Assembly (NCBI GenBank): GCA_963756875.1
Contig: CAVWPA010000001.1
Coordinates: forward strand, 544,001 to 608,000
DNA from: an uncultured Verrucomicrobiae bacterium
GTDB taxonomy: Bacteria; Verrucomicrobiota; Verrucomicrobiia; Chthoniobacterales; UBA10450
Direction of reading: 5' to 3'
DNA length: 64,000 nucleotides
Of the stretch, positions 30,923 to 41,331 are shown piece by piece (within the stretch, counting starts at the first letter, position 1; each line of letters starts with the position of its first letter). The translations under genes and the position numbers were made by a program. Below the pieces are notes generated by a model. The model searched no databases. It was not told where the DNA came from and saw nothing but the letters and a program-made list of their open reading frames with translations.

Positions 30923-33900
30923 ATGAATAATACCATCTCCGTACCCTCCGACGTAACGCACGATTTCCATGTCAAACGCGCGCCAGGACTAAAGTCGGGC
31001 GTACGTGGCCTATAAAAAGCGCAAAGGAAATTCGTTCGCCCGAAAATGCTCTACGATCCGCTCCAAAGTCCTTGGAATTGAACCCCCTGGATGCCTGTAA
31101 TGATGTGGGCGGCCAATTTTTCGCTGAAACAGTTTACTGGGACATATGGGGCGATATGCCGCCCACGCCTACCCCGACGCCGAATCCTTATACAAAACCA
31201 AACGACAAAAAAACGTGCCCGCTTTCGCCTGCTCCGATGGCCCAGGCCAGGGCCCATTTATTGATGGCTAGTCTCAACATTGAAGACACGCCGATTCGTT
31301 ATGCTCCTCCTCTCGGGCCAGCGATCAATTTTACGGTCACCTATAATCAAAGAGAAGCCCAGCAGCCGTCAACGCTCACGTTTTCAAATCTAGGATCGAA
31401 ATGGACTTTCAATTGGCTTTCCTATGTAAGTGATAACGCAGGTAATACTCCAGCAGGATGCTACAGTTTATGTTCCTGGTGGCGGCGCAGAGTTCTACTC
31501 GTTCGATCCCGGAACGCAAAGCTATTTGCCCGATCCGCAGAGCCATGCTGTCCTCGTTTGGACCTCCAGCTCAAGCTACGAAAAGGACTTTCCGGATGGT
31601 TCTAAACAGATCTTTGATCTGCCAGATGATTCGGTGTATCCACGCAGAATTTTCATGACCCAGTAGAAAGATTCGACAGGCAATAAGGTAACTCTTAATT
31701 ACGATTCCTCTTTTCGCCTAACGCAAATCATCGATGCGCTGGATCAAGTAACGAACCTTTCGTATGAACTCCCCGATGATCCGCTAAAAATAACTAAAGT
31801 AACGGAACCATTCCCAACGGGGCGTTACGCCACATTTACTTATACCGGCGGACAGCTGACCAAGATTACCGACGAAATTGGAATTCAATCGCAGTTCCAG
31901 TACACAACCGGAACGGATTTTATCGATTCGATGACCACTCCGTACAGCACGAGCTCGTTCTCGACGGGACAAAATGGTACCAATCTATGGATTGAGATGA
32001 CTGACCCGCTCGGCGCTACCGAGAGAGTTGAGTATCGCGATAACGCGCCTGGAATTAGCGCTAGCGACCTTTCGGGGACGGTCCCATCAGGATTTACTAA
32101 CTCCGGTCTCGATGTCGTTAACACCTTCTATTGGGACAAAAAGGCGTATTCATTCTATCCCGATTACACTAAGGCTAGAATTACGCACTGGACGCTAAAT
32201 GCCGGTGGTTCGACATCAGGTATCGCGGCTAGCGAAAAGGCGCCACTCGAAAATCGTGTCTGGTATGCCTACACCGGCCAGTCGGACACAAATCACACGG
32301 GCCCAAGCGGGAACCCGAACCAGGTAGCGCGTGTGCTTGATGATGGAAACACTCAGGTTCGGCAGTATGAGTACAACAGCATCGGCAAGATGACAAGGGC
32401 GATCGATCCTGTTGGTCGTGTCACAAGTTTCGAATACGATGTAAACAACGTCGATTTGCTTGCTGTCTATCAAGAGAGGCCCGGTGGCAGTAGCGTCGAT
32501 CCGTTCAACGCAGCGGCAGATCAAGTCGCTGCCTACTCGAGTTACGTTTTGCACAAGCCACAAGTGGTCACAGACGCGGCGGGGGAGACGACAAACTACG
32601 TGTATAACTGGTACGGTCAGACCCAGAGCGTCACGAATCCTAGGAATGAAACTACGACTTACGGGTACGGCGATGGCAGTCAGAACCATCCAATCGGCTA
32701 TCTGACCTCGATCACGAGTCCGAGTTTTAACAACGCCTCGGCAGTGACAACGTTCGATTACGACCAAGCCAATCGGATTCGGACCGTCACAAGCAATCCC
32801 GACGGATACTACACGGTCACTGATTACGACAATCTCGATCGGCCGACGCAAATCACATATCCGGACGGAACAAATCAGCAGTTCCAATACTCACAGGATT
32901 TTGGCCAAGGACAGACAACGATCCTGGATCTGACCGTCAGCACAGATCGCCGCGGCCGTCCGACGACGCGTCATTAGAATAGGAATCGTCAAATGGATTC
33001 GATCACCGATCCGTTGATGCGCACGACTCATTACAACTGGTGCAATTGCGGGGCACTTGAGTCTATTGTGGATGCAAATACCCACACGACGACATTCAAC
33101 CGTGACTTGGAAAGTCGCGTCTACCAGAAGGTCTTCGATGACCACACCGCGATTAACTATGTGTATGAGAATACAATGAGCCGTCTCAAATCGATGACTG
33201 ACGCACTCGGCCAGACCACGAACTACCAGTATGGTGTCGACGACAACCTGCTGCAGGTCAGCTACACAAACGTGGTCTATGACCATCCAAATGTCAGCTT
33301 TACATTCGATCCTAATTACAATCGTCTCAAGCAGATGGTGGACGAAACCGGTACCGCCGAGTACGACTATTATCCAGTCGATCCGGGCGCGAACCTGCCT
33401 GCGTTCGCCAATCGGCTCAAAAGCGAGTCCAATTCACACAGCACCATCATATACGGATACGATGAGCTTGGACGGACGGTAAGCCAGTCAGTTGATGGCG
33501 TTGCTTCGAGCGTCAGTTATGACTCCTTGGGCAGGCTGAGCACCAGCGATAATCAACTCGGCCACTTTAGCAGGATCTACGACCTTGATGTCACTCCGCG
33601 CCTGAAAACGCTTACGTACCCGAATGGCCAGACCAGTAATTACGACTATTTCGACAAATTGCACGACATGCGTTTGCAAACGCTGCAAAACCTCGATCCA
33701 AATTTGGCCAATCTTTCCAAGTTTGATTACACATACGATCCCGAGGGCGAGATTCTAACCTGGCAAAAGCAATTTGGCACGTCCGATGCGGTCCAGTGGG
33801 CCAACGGAAACAATCCGATGAACGATCTGGCCGATCAGTTGACGAATGTCACCGAAAAAGACACCGTCACGCAAGCTACGCTGAACAGCTACGTGTATGG

Positions 33901-35203
33901 GTACGATGCGAATGGAAATCGCACCAGCGACGCACTAGGGAGCCACACGTTTAACGATGTAAACCAAACCCATGACACTGGTTATACGTATGACGCCGCC
34001 GGGCATCTAACGTCTGATGGCACGTTCAATTACAGATGGGATGCAGCCAATAGGTTGCGGCTCATCGAGAGCATTCTCCCTGCAGGCGGCCAGCAACAGT
34101 CCATGCAAGATTTGGCAGGTATGTCGAAGCTTGCGGGACCATTGGCAGGCAGAGGCGGCGGCGGAGGGATTGGAGGCTGGACGACATATTATCGCAGCAC
34201 CTTTACGTATGACGGCTTGGGTCGACGTGTCCGTATTGAGGAGGCGCAAGCGAGCACTGATGATCTCGGGAACGTGGGATCTTTTACCACGACAAGCGAT
34301 TGCACCTATGTGTGGAGCGGAAACACGATGGCGGAAGCGAGGCTTACTGCCGATAACAGCGTCGTGAGACGCTATTTCAGTGAAGGGATGCAGAAGCTCG
34401 GTTCCGTCCTGGTTAACGGCCAATGGGTGGTGGAACTGATCCCGTATTATTACACGCGCGACCATTTGGGCAGCATCCGGGAAGTGACCGATGCCACGGG
34501 AGCCGTCAGCACCCGTTATGACTACGACCCGTTTGGGAAACCAAGCTGGCTGGTCACGGGCAATGATGCCGATTTCGGTTTCACAGGCTATTTTCGTCAC
34601 GCCCGTAGTGGCCTTTATCTATCGCTCTACCGCGTCTACGATCCTGTTCATGGCAGATGGATTAGCCGAGATCCTCTAGAGAATGCCGAAATGAGTCAGG
34701 GGCCGAATTTATATTCATATGTCACCAACGATCCCGTGAACGGAGTAGATTTACTTGGACTTTACGTTTGGTCCGCTGCCGAAACAAAAGCCCGATTCAT
34801 CGATCCAGCGATCAGGGATGCTACGGCGGGACCAATCGAAGGCTTGCTTAACATCTTCAATCACAGTCATAAGAATGGCGATTTCGATTTCGGGTCACTA
34901 TCCTTCTATAACGGAGATACGTTCTGCGTCGATGGCATCCCTTACGGACCGTACAGAATTTGGCAACTACATTGCGGGACTTGAAACAGAGGCATATGAC
35001 CACAATGTATTTTCTCCATTTCTGCAGTCCCTGCCGCCTATCTCGCTGGCATCTATTATCATGTAAGAGGGGAAACTGCATCGCCCGAGGACAAAATAGA
35101 TGCCACTGGGCGCCCGGCTATCACCGCAGGGGTTAGGGCATACGGATATTTCGGAAACACATGGGGCTTGGTATCAAGAGTCTACTTCTTTAAGTGGTGG
35201 TGA
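30923..35203 (+). pseudogene. RHS/YD-repeat polymorphic toxin (disrupted as sequenced)
   Basis: YD repeats, DHLGSIRE, YDYDPFG, GRWISRDP and core end DPVNGVDLLGL; in-frame TAG at 31664 and 32975; indels near 30928, 31447, 34945 and 35020; start is uncertain. Confidence 0.85.
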
Positions 35204-35209
35204 CAACGA

Positions 35210-35822
35210 TTGACATCAAAGAAATTATTTCGACGCGTTCTGGTAGGAGTTTTCCTCCTCGGTATCGCTTTTGAGTCGTCTTGGGTCATCGGTCAACTTG
35301 CGACTGGCGATGTCTGGACATTGTAATTGGATTTTTCGCAACCTGCATATTTGGTCTTTGCCGGTTACATTAGTTATCGGCCTGATCTCGTGGCGGAAGA
35401 TTTCTCGCTACTGGATGATGCCGTCTCTGGTGTGTTTTGGCTTTCTAGTTCTACTCGCGTATAACTACCGGCTCGCATGGGCTTGTGACGACCTTGCGTT
35501 TAGAGTGCAGCTCGCCAGCTACCAAGCGGTTACCGCAGAAGTAGCGTCCGGCAGGATTCAGACGACGAGCGGCCTGTCTCCCGTAACGCTGCCTTCCAAG
35601 TATCACTTGTGGCGCTGCAAAGCCGTTAACGCGGCGAGATGTGATAATGGAGATGTATTAATAGAGTTCTTCCTAAACGTGAAAGGGCGAGTCAGGTCCG
35701 GATACGTTTACGAGAATCATCCAGGTTCCGTAGGGTGCATAGAACAGAATGATTTGCCAGAGAACCGTTTTCGACTTCGGCAAGTTGCGCCGGGATGGTA
35801 TTTCTTTATCGGGGGGCCTTAG
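35210..35822 (+). CDS. putative cognate immunity protein (membrane-associated; 5' part frameshifted)
   Basis: Directly follows the reconstructed toxin stop; hydrophobic N-terminal segments; assigned by position only. Confidence 0.5.
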
Positions 35823-36057
35823 GTTTTTCGACGAATCAGAGGAAGATACGGGTCAGGTCTCAATAAAGAAGATAGCGGAAGATGCGGGCAGTCTACGGTT
35901 GCATTGATTTGACGGACAGTGGGCTTGGGATCAAAAATCAGAAGGAAGCCCACATGAAAACATAGTTAACGAAATCCAGCTGTGGAGGGAGGGTAAGATG
36001 CTGAAACGTTTCGGCAGCGCCAACGAGCAGTGCCGAAGCCATCGGCTTTGCCAGGGG

Positions 36058-36751
36058 CTACGACGCGAGGGTCGCGTATTGAATCGGGTCGGTTGTGCCC
36101 ACTTCGCGAAAACCTTTCAGTCGCAACTGGCAGGCATCGCATTCGCCGCAGGCAATGCCTTCCGGCGTTGGATCGTAACAACTTTGTGTCAACGAAAGAT
36201 CGACATGAAGCTCGAGTGCCTTGCGGATAATATCCGCTTTCGAACAGTTTGATCAGCGGCGCGTGAATTTGGAATCGCGCGCCCTCGATGCCTGCTTTCG
36301 TCCCGATGTTGGCCAGTGTTTCGAACAAAACGATGAATTCCGGGCGGCAATCGGGGTATCCGCTGTAGTCGAGCGCGTTTACACCGAGAAAAATGTGGCC
36401 CGCGGGGATCGTTTCCGCCCAGGCCAGCGAATGGGCCAGAAAAATCGTGTTACGCGCTGGAACATAAGTAACAGGAATTCCCGCACCGATTTCCTTTTCC
36501 GATCGCTTCTTAGGAACATCGACGTCATTGGTGAGCGCCGATCCGCGAAAGATGCTGTGGTCGACCTTCACGATACGGTGTTCCTTTGCGCCTAACGAAT
36601 CGGCGACTCGTCGCGCGGCTTCCAACTCGGAGCGGTGGCGTTGCCCGTAATCGAACGAAAGCGCATAAGTTTCGTAGCCTTGCGCTTTCGCAATTGCGAG
36701 CGTTGTCGCCGAATCCATTCCGCCGCTTAGAAGGACAACCGCGTGCTTCAT
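36058..36751 (-). CDS. queC: 7-cyano-7-deazaguanine synthase (one extra base at 36243-36244)
   Basis: [21 protein letters not shown]; the shifted frame restores SKADII...SCYDP...CGECDAC...TAG at 36058. Confidence 0.92.
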
Positions 36752-36774
36752 CTTTTTGTGACGCAATTACGGAC

Positions 36775-37218
36775 TCATCGGCCGTCGCGGCCGGATTTCT
36801 GCCGCTTCTCGCCCGAATATTCCGCGCGAACCGTCAACGTAATCCCGCCGCGTGCCGAAAATTGTGCGGTCACGATCGCCTCACGGGGCGTGCAAGCCTT
36901 TACGAAATCGTCGAGAATGCGGTTGGTGACCGCTTCGTTGAACGCGCGTTCGTTCCGGTATGATGCGAGATAGAATTTGAGGGACTTGCTTTCGACGCAA
37001 AGCCGGTCGGGCAGGTAGTCGATCTCGATCCGCGCGAAATCGGCCTGACCGGTCACCGGACAGAGCGAGGTGAAATCGTCGGTTTCAAAATGAATGCGGT
37101 ACCTGCGTAGAGCGGGGTTCGGAAACGTTTCAAGCGTGGCTTTCGCGGGCGAAGCCGGGATTTTCGCCTCGCTTCGGCCCAGCAATGTCAGTCGCGTTGT
37201 TCGTTTTGGTTTCGCCAC
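36775..37218 (-). CDS. queF: preQ1 synthase (NADPH-dependent nitrile reductase)
   Basis: FTSLCPVTGQADF, ESKSLKFYL, RGGI motifs; likely start GTG 37218. Confidence 0.92.
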   Translation of the reverse strand: MAKPKRTTRLTLLGRSEAKIPASPAKATLETFPNPALRRYRIHFETDDFTSLCPVTGQADFARIEIDYLPDRLCVESKSLKFYLASYRNERAFNEAVTNRILDDFVKACTPREAIVTAQFSARGGITLTVRAEYSGEKRQKSGRDGR

Positions 37219-37333
37219 AAAGCCAAGGTTACGACTCGCCAACAGAGCTTCAATCCGAAACATGGAGGGACGGTCCGAGCCGGACTGGCAGTAAACGGAG
37301 CGCGTCTCAAAAAATTGGGACACGACAGGAGAT

Positions 37334-37393
37334 TTACGATTACGATTACGAGCACGATTACGAGCACGAGCACGAGCAAGATTAAGAGGAAGA
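37334..37393. repeat. hexamer array (GATTAC/GAGCAC)
   Basis: gattacgattacgagcacgattacgagcacgagcacgagcaagattaagag; related array at 42303..42333. Confidence 0.75.
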
Positions 37394-38311
37394 TCAATCC
37401 GGGTGGCGCAGCATCGGATTATTCAATGCGCGCTCGCGGTCGCCGGGTTTGTTGTAATTCCAGTAATCGATTTTCAGGCTGTTCTTCAGTTTCAAATGCG
37501 AACCGTCCGCCATCTGCCATTCGCGCAACAGAAACGGGAAATCGCGATCCAGAACGAAATGGTCGGTTCCAGCGTCGTGCCGAACATCGACTTCGATGGT
37601 GTGCTCGCCGGTTTGGAAGCTCACTTTCGCAGGCTTGAAAACGATCCGGTCCTTCTTCGAATTGATCGTGGTCGGCGCGAGCTGGATTTCGAATTCGCCA
37701 TTTGGTTTCGAAAAATCGATCGTGCGCACGCGCAGTGGAAGTTCGTCGTAAAAAAAGGCGTTCGCGGGCAGCGCGACGTTTTCGTCCCCGTCTGCCATGC
37801 CGTCCCAATAGGTGTGAAAATCGTAGGCGAACTGTTCGTTCACCCGGCGCGCCTCCTTGAATGAGTTGCCGCAGCTATCATTGCTGGTGAGCGACCATTT
37901 CAAAAGTGCGCCATCGTCGGGCCGCCAAAAATTGGAATGCATCTGTTGAGATACGTAAACGCCGATCGGCACGTGCAGGACCTGATTCATCTTGATCACT
38001 TTGATCAGTCCCGGGCGTCTCCAATCGTCTGGTTTTACGAGCTGCTTGGGATCGAACGGTTCGCGCACGAGGATGTGCAGGACTTCGCAGTGACGGGGCG
38101 CTCCTTCGCGCACGATCTGCGCGTCGTAAAAATCGAATTCCGCCTTGCCGTCCCCCCAGTAGCTGTTGTTTTGCAGGAATGCGGGCGTGAACTGGGCTGA
38201 AGCGGTTGCGATTAAACCGAACGTGACTATTAATGCCGTCGCAGCGCCGGCCGGCCAACAAATCGACTTTCGGAGTTGAGCGTTGAATAATGAACGTTCA
38301 GCGTTAGGCAT
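37394..38311 (-). CDS. secreted hypothetical protein
   Basis: Signal-like segment, then YWGDGKAEF...DYWNYNKPGD; long clean ORF; likely start 38311. Confidence 0.7.
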   Translation of the reverse strand: MPNAERSLFNAQLRKSICWPAGAATALIVTFGLIATASAQFTPAFLQNNSYWGDGKAEFDFYDAQIVREGAPRHCEVLHILVREPFDPKQLVKPDDWRRPGLIKVIKMNQVLHVPIGVYVSQQMHSNFWRPDDGALLKWSLTSNDSCGNSFKEARRVNEQFAYDFHTYWDGMADGDENVALPANAFFYDELPLRVRTIDFSKPNGEFEIQLAPTTINSKKDRIVFKPAKVSFQTGEHTIEVDVRHDAGTDHFVLDRDFPFLLREWQMADGSHLKLKNSLKIDYWNYNKPGDRERALNNPMLRHPD

Positions 38312-38332
38312 CGACAATCGAATCTTCTTGCC

Positions 38333-38704
38333 GTGAGCCCAAAAGATCAATCTTCGAGTGAGGAAGGCCACAGTCGCGTTGGCGTGGTCGATATCATCGC
38401 GCACGACCCGAGAACCGATGAAGCTGTGCTGGTAATGAACGAGCCGTTGCCCTGGGACGATGACGAGCGGTTGTACGCATTACAGGAGCGTTTCAACGCG
38501 TACGTTTCGTTTTTGCTTGACGGTGAATTCGCTGAGTGGGACCCGCATTTGGCGCAAAAGCAGGTGCGGATCGAAGTGCGCTGCGCGCAGATGCCGGAGG
38601 GCCGCGCGCTCGATTTGCTGGCCAAGATTCACGACCAGCTCGCTCATCAGGAGATCAAGCTGGAGGTGGTGGTTCGCGATCAGAACTGTAGCGGCGGTCT
38701 ATGA
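38333..38704 (+). CDS. hypothetical protein (resembles DUF6572)
   Basis: VVDIIAHDP...LQERFNAYVSFLLDGE; the last residues NCSGGL come from a REP. Confidence 0.55.
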   Translation: MSPKDQSSSEEGHSRVGVVDIIAHDPRTDEAVLVMNEPLPWDDDERLYALQERFNAYVSFLLDGEFAEWDPHLAQKQVRIEVRCAQMPEGRALDLLAKIHDQLAHQEIKLEVVVRDQNCSGGL

Positions 38705-38759
38705 CCGTCGCATGAAGGGCGTTGAATAATAATGCGACGCTCGCAGAGCGCCGCTACAG
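38686..38759. repeat. GTAG REP doublet, family C
   Basis: CTGTAGCGGCGGTCTATGACCGTCG ... CGACGCTCGCAGAGCGCCGCTACAG. Confidence 0.8.
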
Positions 38760-38781
38760 GGGGACCCAAAAAATAAGGCCC

Positions 38782-39312
38782 TCAATATTTGAGGAACGAA
38801 ATCACGGGCGTCGGCGCGAGTTTTTTTTGACCGTGCAGGAATTCCAACTCGATCAGAAATTGCGCTTCGATCAATTGTCCGCCGACTTTTGCGATGAGCG
38901 CGGCGGCGGCAGCCGATGTTCCTCCGGTCGCAAGCAAATCGTCCACAAGCACGACTTGTTCGCCGGGAAGCATCGCGTCGATATGCATCTCCATTTCCGC
39001 TTCGCCGTACTCGAGCGAATACTTGGCGATCTCGGTTTTGTACGGCAGTTTCCCTCGCTTGCGGATGGGGACGAACCCGACTCCCAGTTCGTAAGCCACA
39101 GCCGACCCGAAAAGAAAGCCGCGCGCGTCGATTCCGACGATCTTGTCGATTTTTTTCCCGCTGCAGCGCCCCAGGAACAAATCGATCGAACCCCGAAACA
39201 GCGCCTGGTCGCTCAAAATCGGGGTGATGTCCTTGAAGATGATTCCCTTTTTCGGGAAATCTGGCACATCCCTGACGCCGGTGCGCAGTTTCTCTATCAT
39301 GGCGGAATCCAT
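38782..39312 (-). CDS. apt: adenine phosphoribosyltransferase
   Basis: PDFPKKGIIFKDIT, DARGF, VDDLLATGGT motifs. Confidence 0.96.
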   Translation of the reverse strand: MDSAMIEKLRTGVRDVPDFPKKGIIFKDITPILSDQALFRGSIDLFLGRCSGKKIDKIVGIDARGFLFGSAVAYELGVGFVPIRKRGKLPYKTEIAKYSLEYGEAEMEMHIDAMLPGEQVVLVDDLLATGGTSAAAAALIAKVGGQLIEAQFLIELEFLHGQKKLAPTPVISFLKY

Positions 39313-39413
39313 TGGCGCGATGCTAGCGGTGTCCGCCCAAACGTCAATTGCTCATCGAAGCCGCATTCAGGTTTGCCAAACTTTTCGCAGCCCGCTAATA
39401 TCAGGGGCCTCCG

Positions 39414-40202
39414 GTGGATCGAGATCTTCTCATTGTTTCGACAGTTTGTTTTTTCGCAGCGGTCGTTCGCACCGTTGTCGAACTGCGCGCGGGAGTGTTT
39501 CGCCCGATTCGGTTCAATTTTTTCGCGGTCGGGCTCGGCTTTATTCTTCAAACGGCGTTCCTCTCCATCCGCGGCCACGCTCTGGGGCGTTGTCCGCTGA
39601 CGAACCTTTTTGAAGTTTTCATTTTTCTGGCCTGGTCTGTCTCGTTGTTTTACATGCTCGTAGGTCCTACCTATCGCCTGTCGCTCATGGGAGCTTTCAC
39701 CGCGCCGTTGGTTGTTTTGCTTCAAGGGTTTGCGCTGATTGCGCCCATCGATCGAACGCACACCGGGAAATTGCTCGCGAACCCCTGGCTGGAGTTTCAT
39801 GCGTCGATTTCGCTGATCGCGTATGGTGCGTTTGCGCTCGCCTGCATCGCGAGCGTCATGTATCTCGTGCAGGAGCGTCAGCTCAAGACTCACCAGTTGC
39901 GCTCGATTTTTTATCATCTCCCGCCGTTGCCGGATCTTTTCGCGGCGATTACGCGATTGCTTTGGTGGGGTTTTGGCCTTTACACGGTGGGGCTTGTCAG
40001 CGGCTTTTTTGTCGGTCAACCGTTGCCGTGGGTGCAAATTATCTGTGCTCTCGGTGTCTGGCTGCTTTATGCCGGGATTTTGCAGGGCCGGTATCTTCGA
40101 CGGCTTGCGCCGAAACGGGTGGCCGCGCTGTGCATTGTGGGATTTAGCGCTGCGCTTACACTTCTTTGGGGGATCACGTTCACGACGCGAATGGTGCCAT
40201 GA
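39414..40202 (+). CDS. CcsA/HemX-like cytochrome c assembly family membrane protein
   Basis: About 8 TMs, CPLTNLFE, WLEFH, YLVQERQLK; lies upstream of hemA. Confidence 0.75.
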   Translation: MDRDLLIVSTVCFFAAVVRTVVELRAGVFRPIRFNFFAVGLGFILQTAFLSIRGHALGRCPLTNLFEVFIFLAWSVSLFYMLVGPTYRLSLMGAFTAPLVVLLQGFALIAPIDRTHTGKLLANPWLEFHASISLIAYGAFALACIASVMYLVQERQLKTHQLRSIFYHLPPLPDLFAAITRLLWWGFGLYTVGLVSGFFVGQPLPWVQIICALGVWLLYAGILQGRYLRRLAPKRVAALCIVGFSAALTLLWGITFTTRMVP

Positions 40203-41269
40203 ATTTTTTTTGTGTCGGGCTGAGCCATCACACCACCAGCGTCGAGACCCGCGAACGCTTCGCCGGCCATGCAGAGACCGATTGCGTCTTGCGTCGCTCC
40301 GGGTGTGCGGAAGCACTGCTGCTGAGTACGTGCAATCGCGTGGAAGTTTACGGCGCCGCCGAAACGCGCGTTCCGACGGAAGAAATCGCGCGGTGTCTGG
40401 CGCGGAGCATCGATGTGCAGCTTAACGAGGAGCTGTCCGGGTTTTATCGCCGCGAAAATACCGATTGCGCCCAGCACCTGTTCCGAGTCGCGTCGGGACT
40501 CGATTCGATGGTTGTCGGTGAAACGGAGATTCTTGGTCAGGCTAAAAGAGCATACGAAGCGGCGCGTGCTTCGGGCGCGGCCGGGCCGTATCTGCATCGC
40601 TTGTTTCAACGCGCATTTCGCGTGGCGAAACATGTGAGAACCCACACAGAAATTACGCGGGGGTCGGTGTCGGTCGGTTCCGTGGCGGTCGATCTTGCCG
40701 GAAAAATTTTCGGAAATCTTTCGGGCTGCAAAGTCCTTTTACTGGGGGCGGGTGAAACGAGCGAACGCACAGCGCGCGCGCTCGCTTCGCGCGGTGTTTG
40801 CGATCTTCGTGTGAGCAATCGATCGAGCGAGCGCGCGGAAAATCTCGCCCGGATTGTTGGTGGTCGCGCCGTTGCGTTTAGCGGGTGGCGCGATCAATGC
40901 CGGGAGATCGACATCTTGCTTACCTCGACATCTTCTGAAGTGCCGCTTCTTGTGCGCGAGAGTCTCGAGCCAATCCTGCGCGACCGGGCCGATCGTCCGC
41001 TTTTCATTATCGATATTGCCGTGCCTCGCGATGTCGATTCAAACGTGGACGAACTGGAGGGTGTTTATCTTTATGACATCGACTCGCTGCAGGCGATTGC
41101 CGAACAATCGCTGGCTCAGCGCCGGCAACAGGTTGCGGCAGCGGAAGCAATTATTGCCGAGCACGTCGTTGAGTTTGAGGAATCGATTACGCGTGGATTG
41201 AACCGCCAGGCTCGCAATGAAACGCGCCCTGCTGTGGGCGAGGCGTCGCTGCCAGCACCCGAGCTTTAG
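40199..41269 (+). CDS. hemA: glutamyl-tRNA reductase
   Basis: LSTCNRVE, SGLDSMVVGETEILGQ, GAGE, DIAVPRD motifs. Confidence 0.95.
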   Translation: MNFFCVGLSHHTTSVETRERFAGHAETDCVLRRSGCAEALLLSTCNRVEVYGAAETRVPTEEIARCLARSIDVQLNEELSGFYRRENTDCAQHLFRVASGLDSMVVGETEILGQAKRAYEAARASGAAGPYLHRLFQRAFRVAKHVRTHTEITRGSVSVGSVAVDLAGKIFGNLSGCKVLLLGAGETSERTARALASRGVCDLRVSNRSSERAENLARIVGGRAVAFSGWRDQCREIDILLTSTSSEVPLLVRESLEPILRDRADRPLFIIDIAVPRDVDSNVDELEGVYLYDIDSLQAIAEQSLAQRRQQVAAAEAIIAEHVVEFEESITRGLNRQARNETRPAVGEASLPAPEL

Positions 41270-41331
41270 CGGCGCTCTATGGGCGCTGGAATCTTGTTGG
41301 TCCCGCGGGTCAGCAACAACGGGCCGTCGCG

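Noticed and set aside
31664..32977. Genome-wide amber (TAG) recoding
   Set aside because: TAG terminates conserved genes at their expected ends (chaA, rpsJ, rpsQ, rpsH), and no suppressor or pyrrolysine genes are visible
35841..35888. 12-bp direct repeat GGAAGAT(A/G)CGGG after the immunity gene as an island boundary
   Set aside because: It is short, has no matching copy at the left side of the RHS locus, and there is no integrase or transposase
37219..37335. preQ1 riboswitch upstream of queF-queC
   Set aside because: The position is suitable, but I could not see the preQ1-I stem and A-rich tail; an Rfam/Infernal scan would be needed
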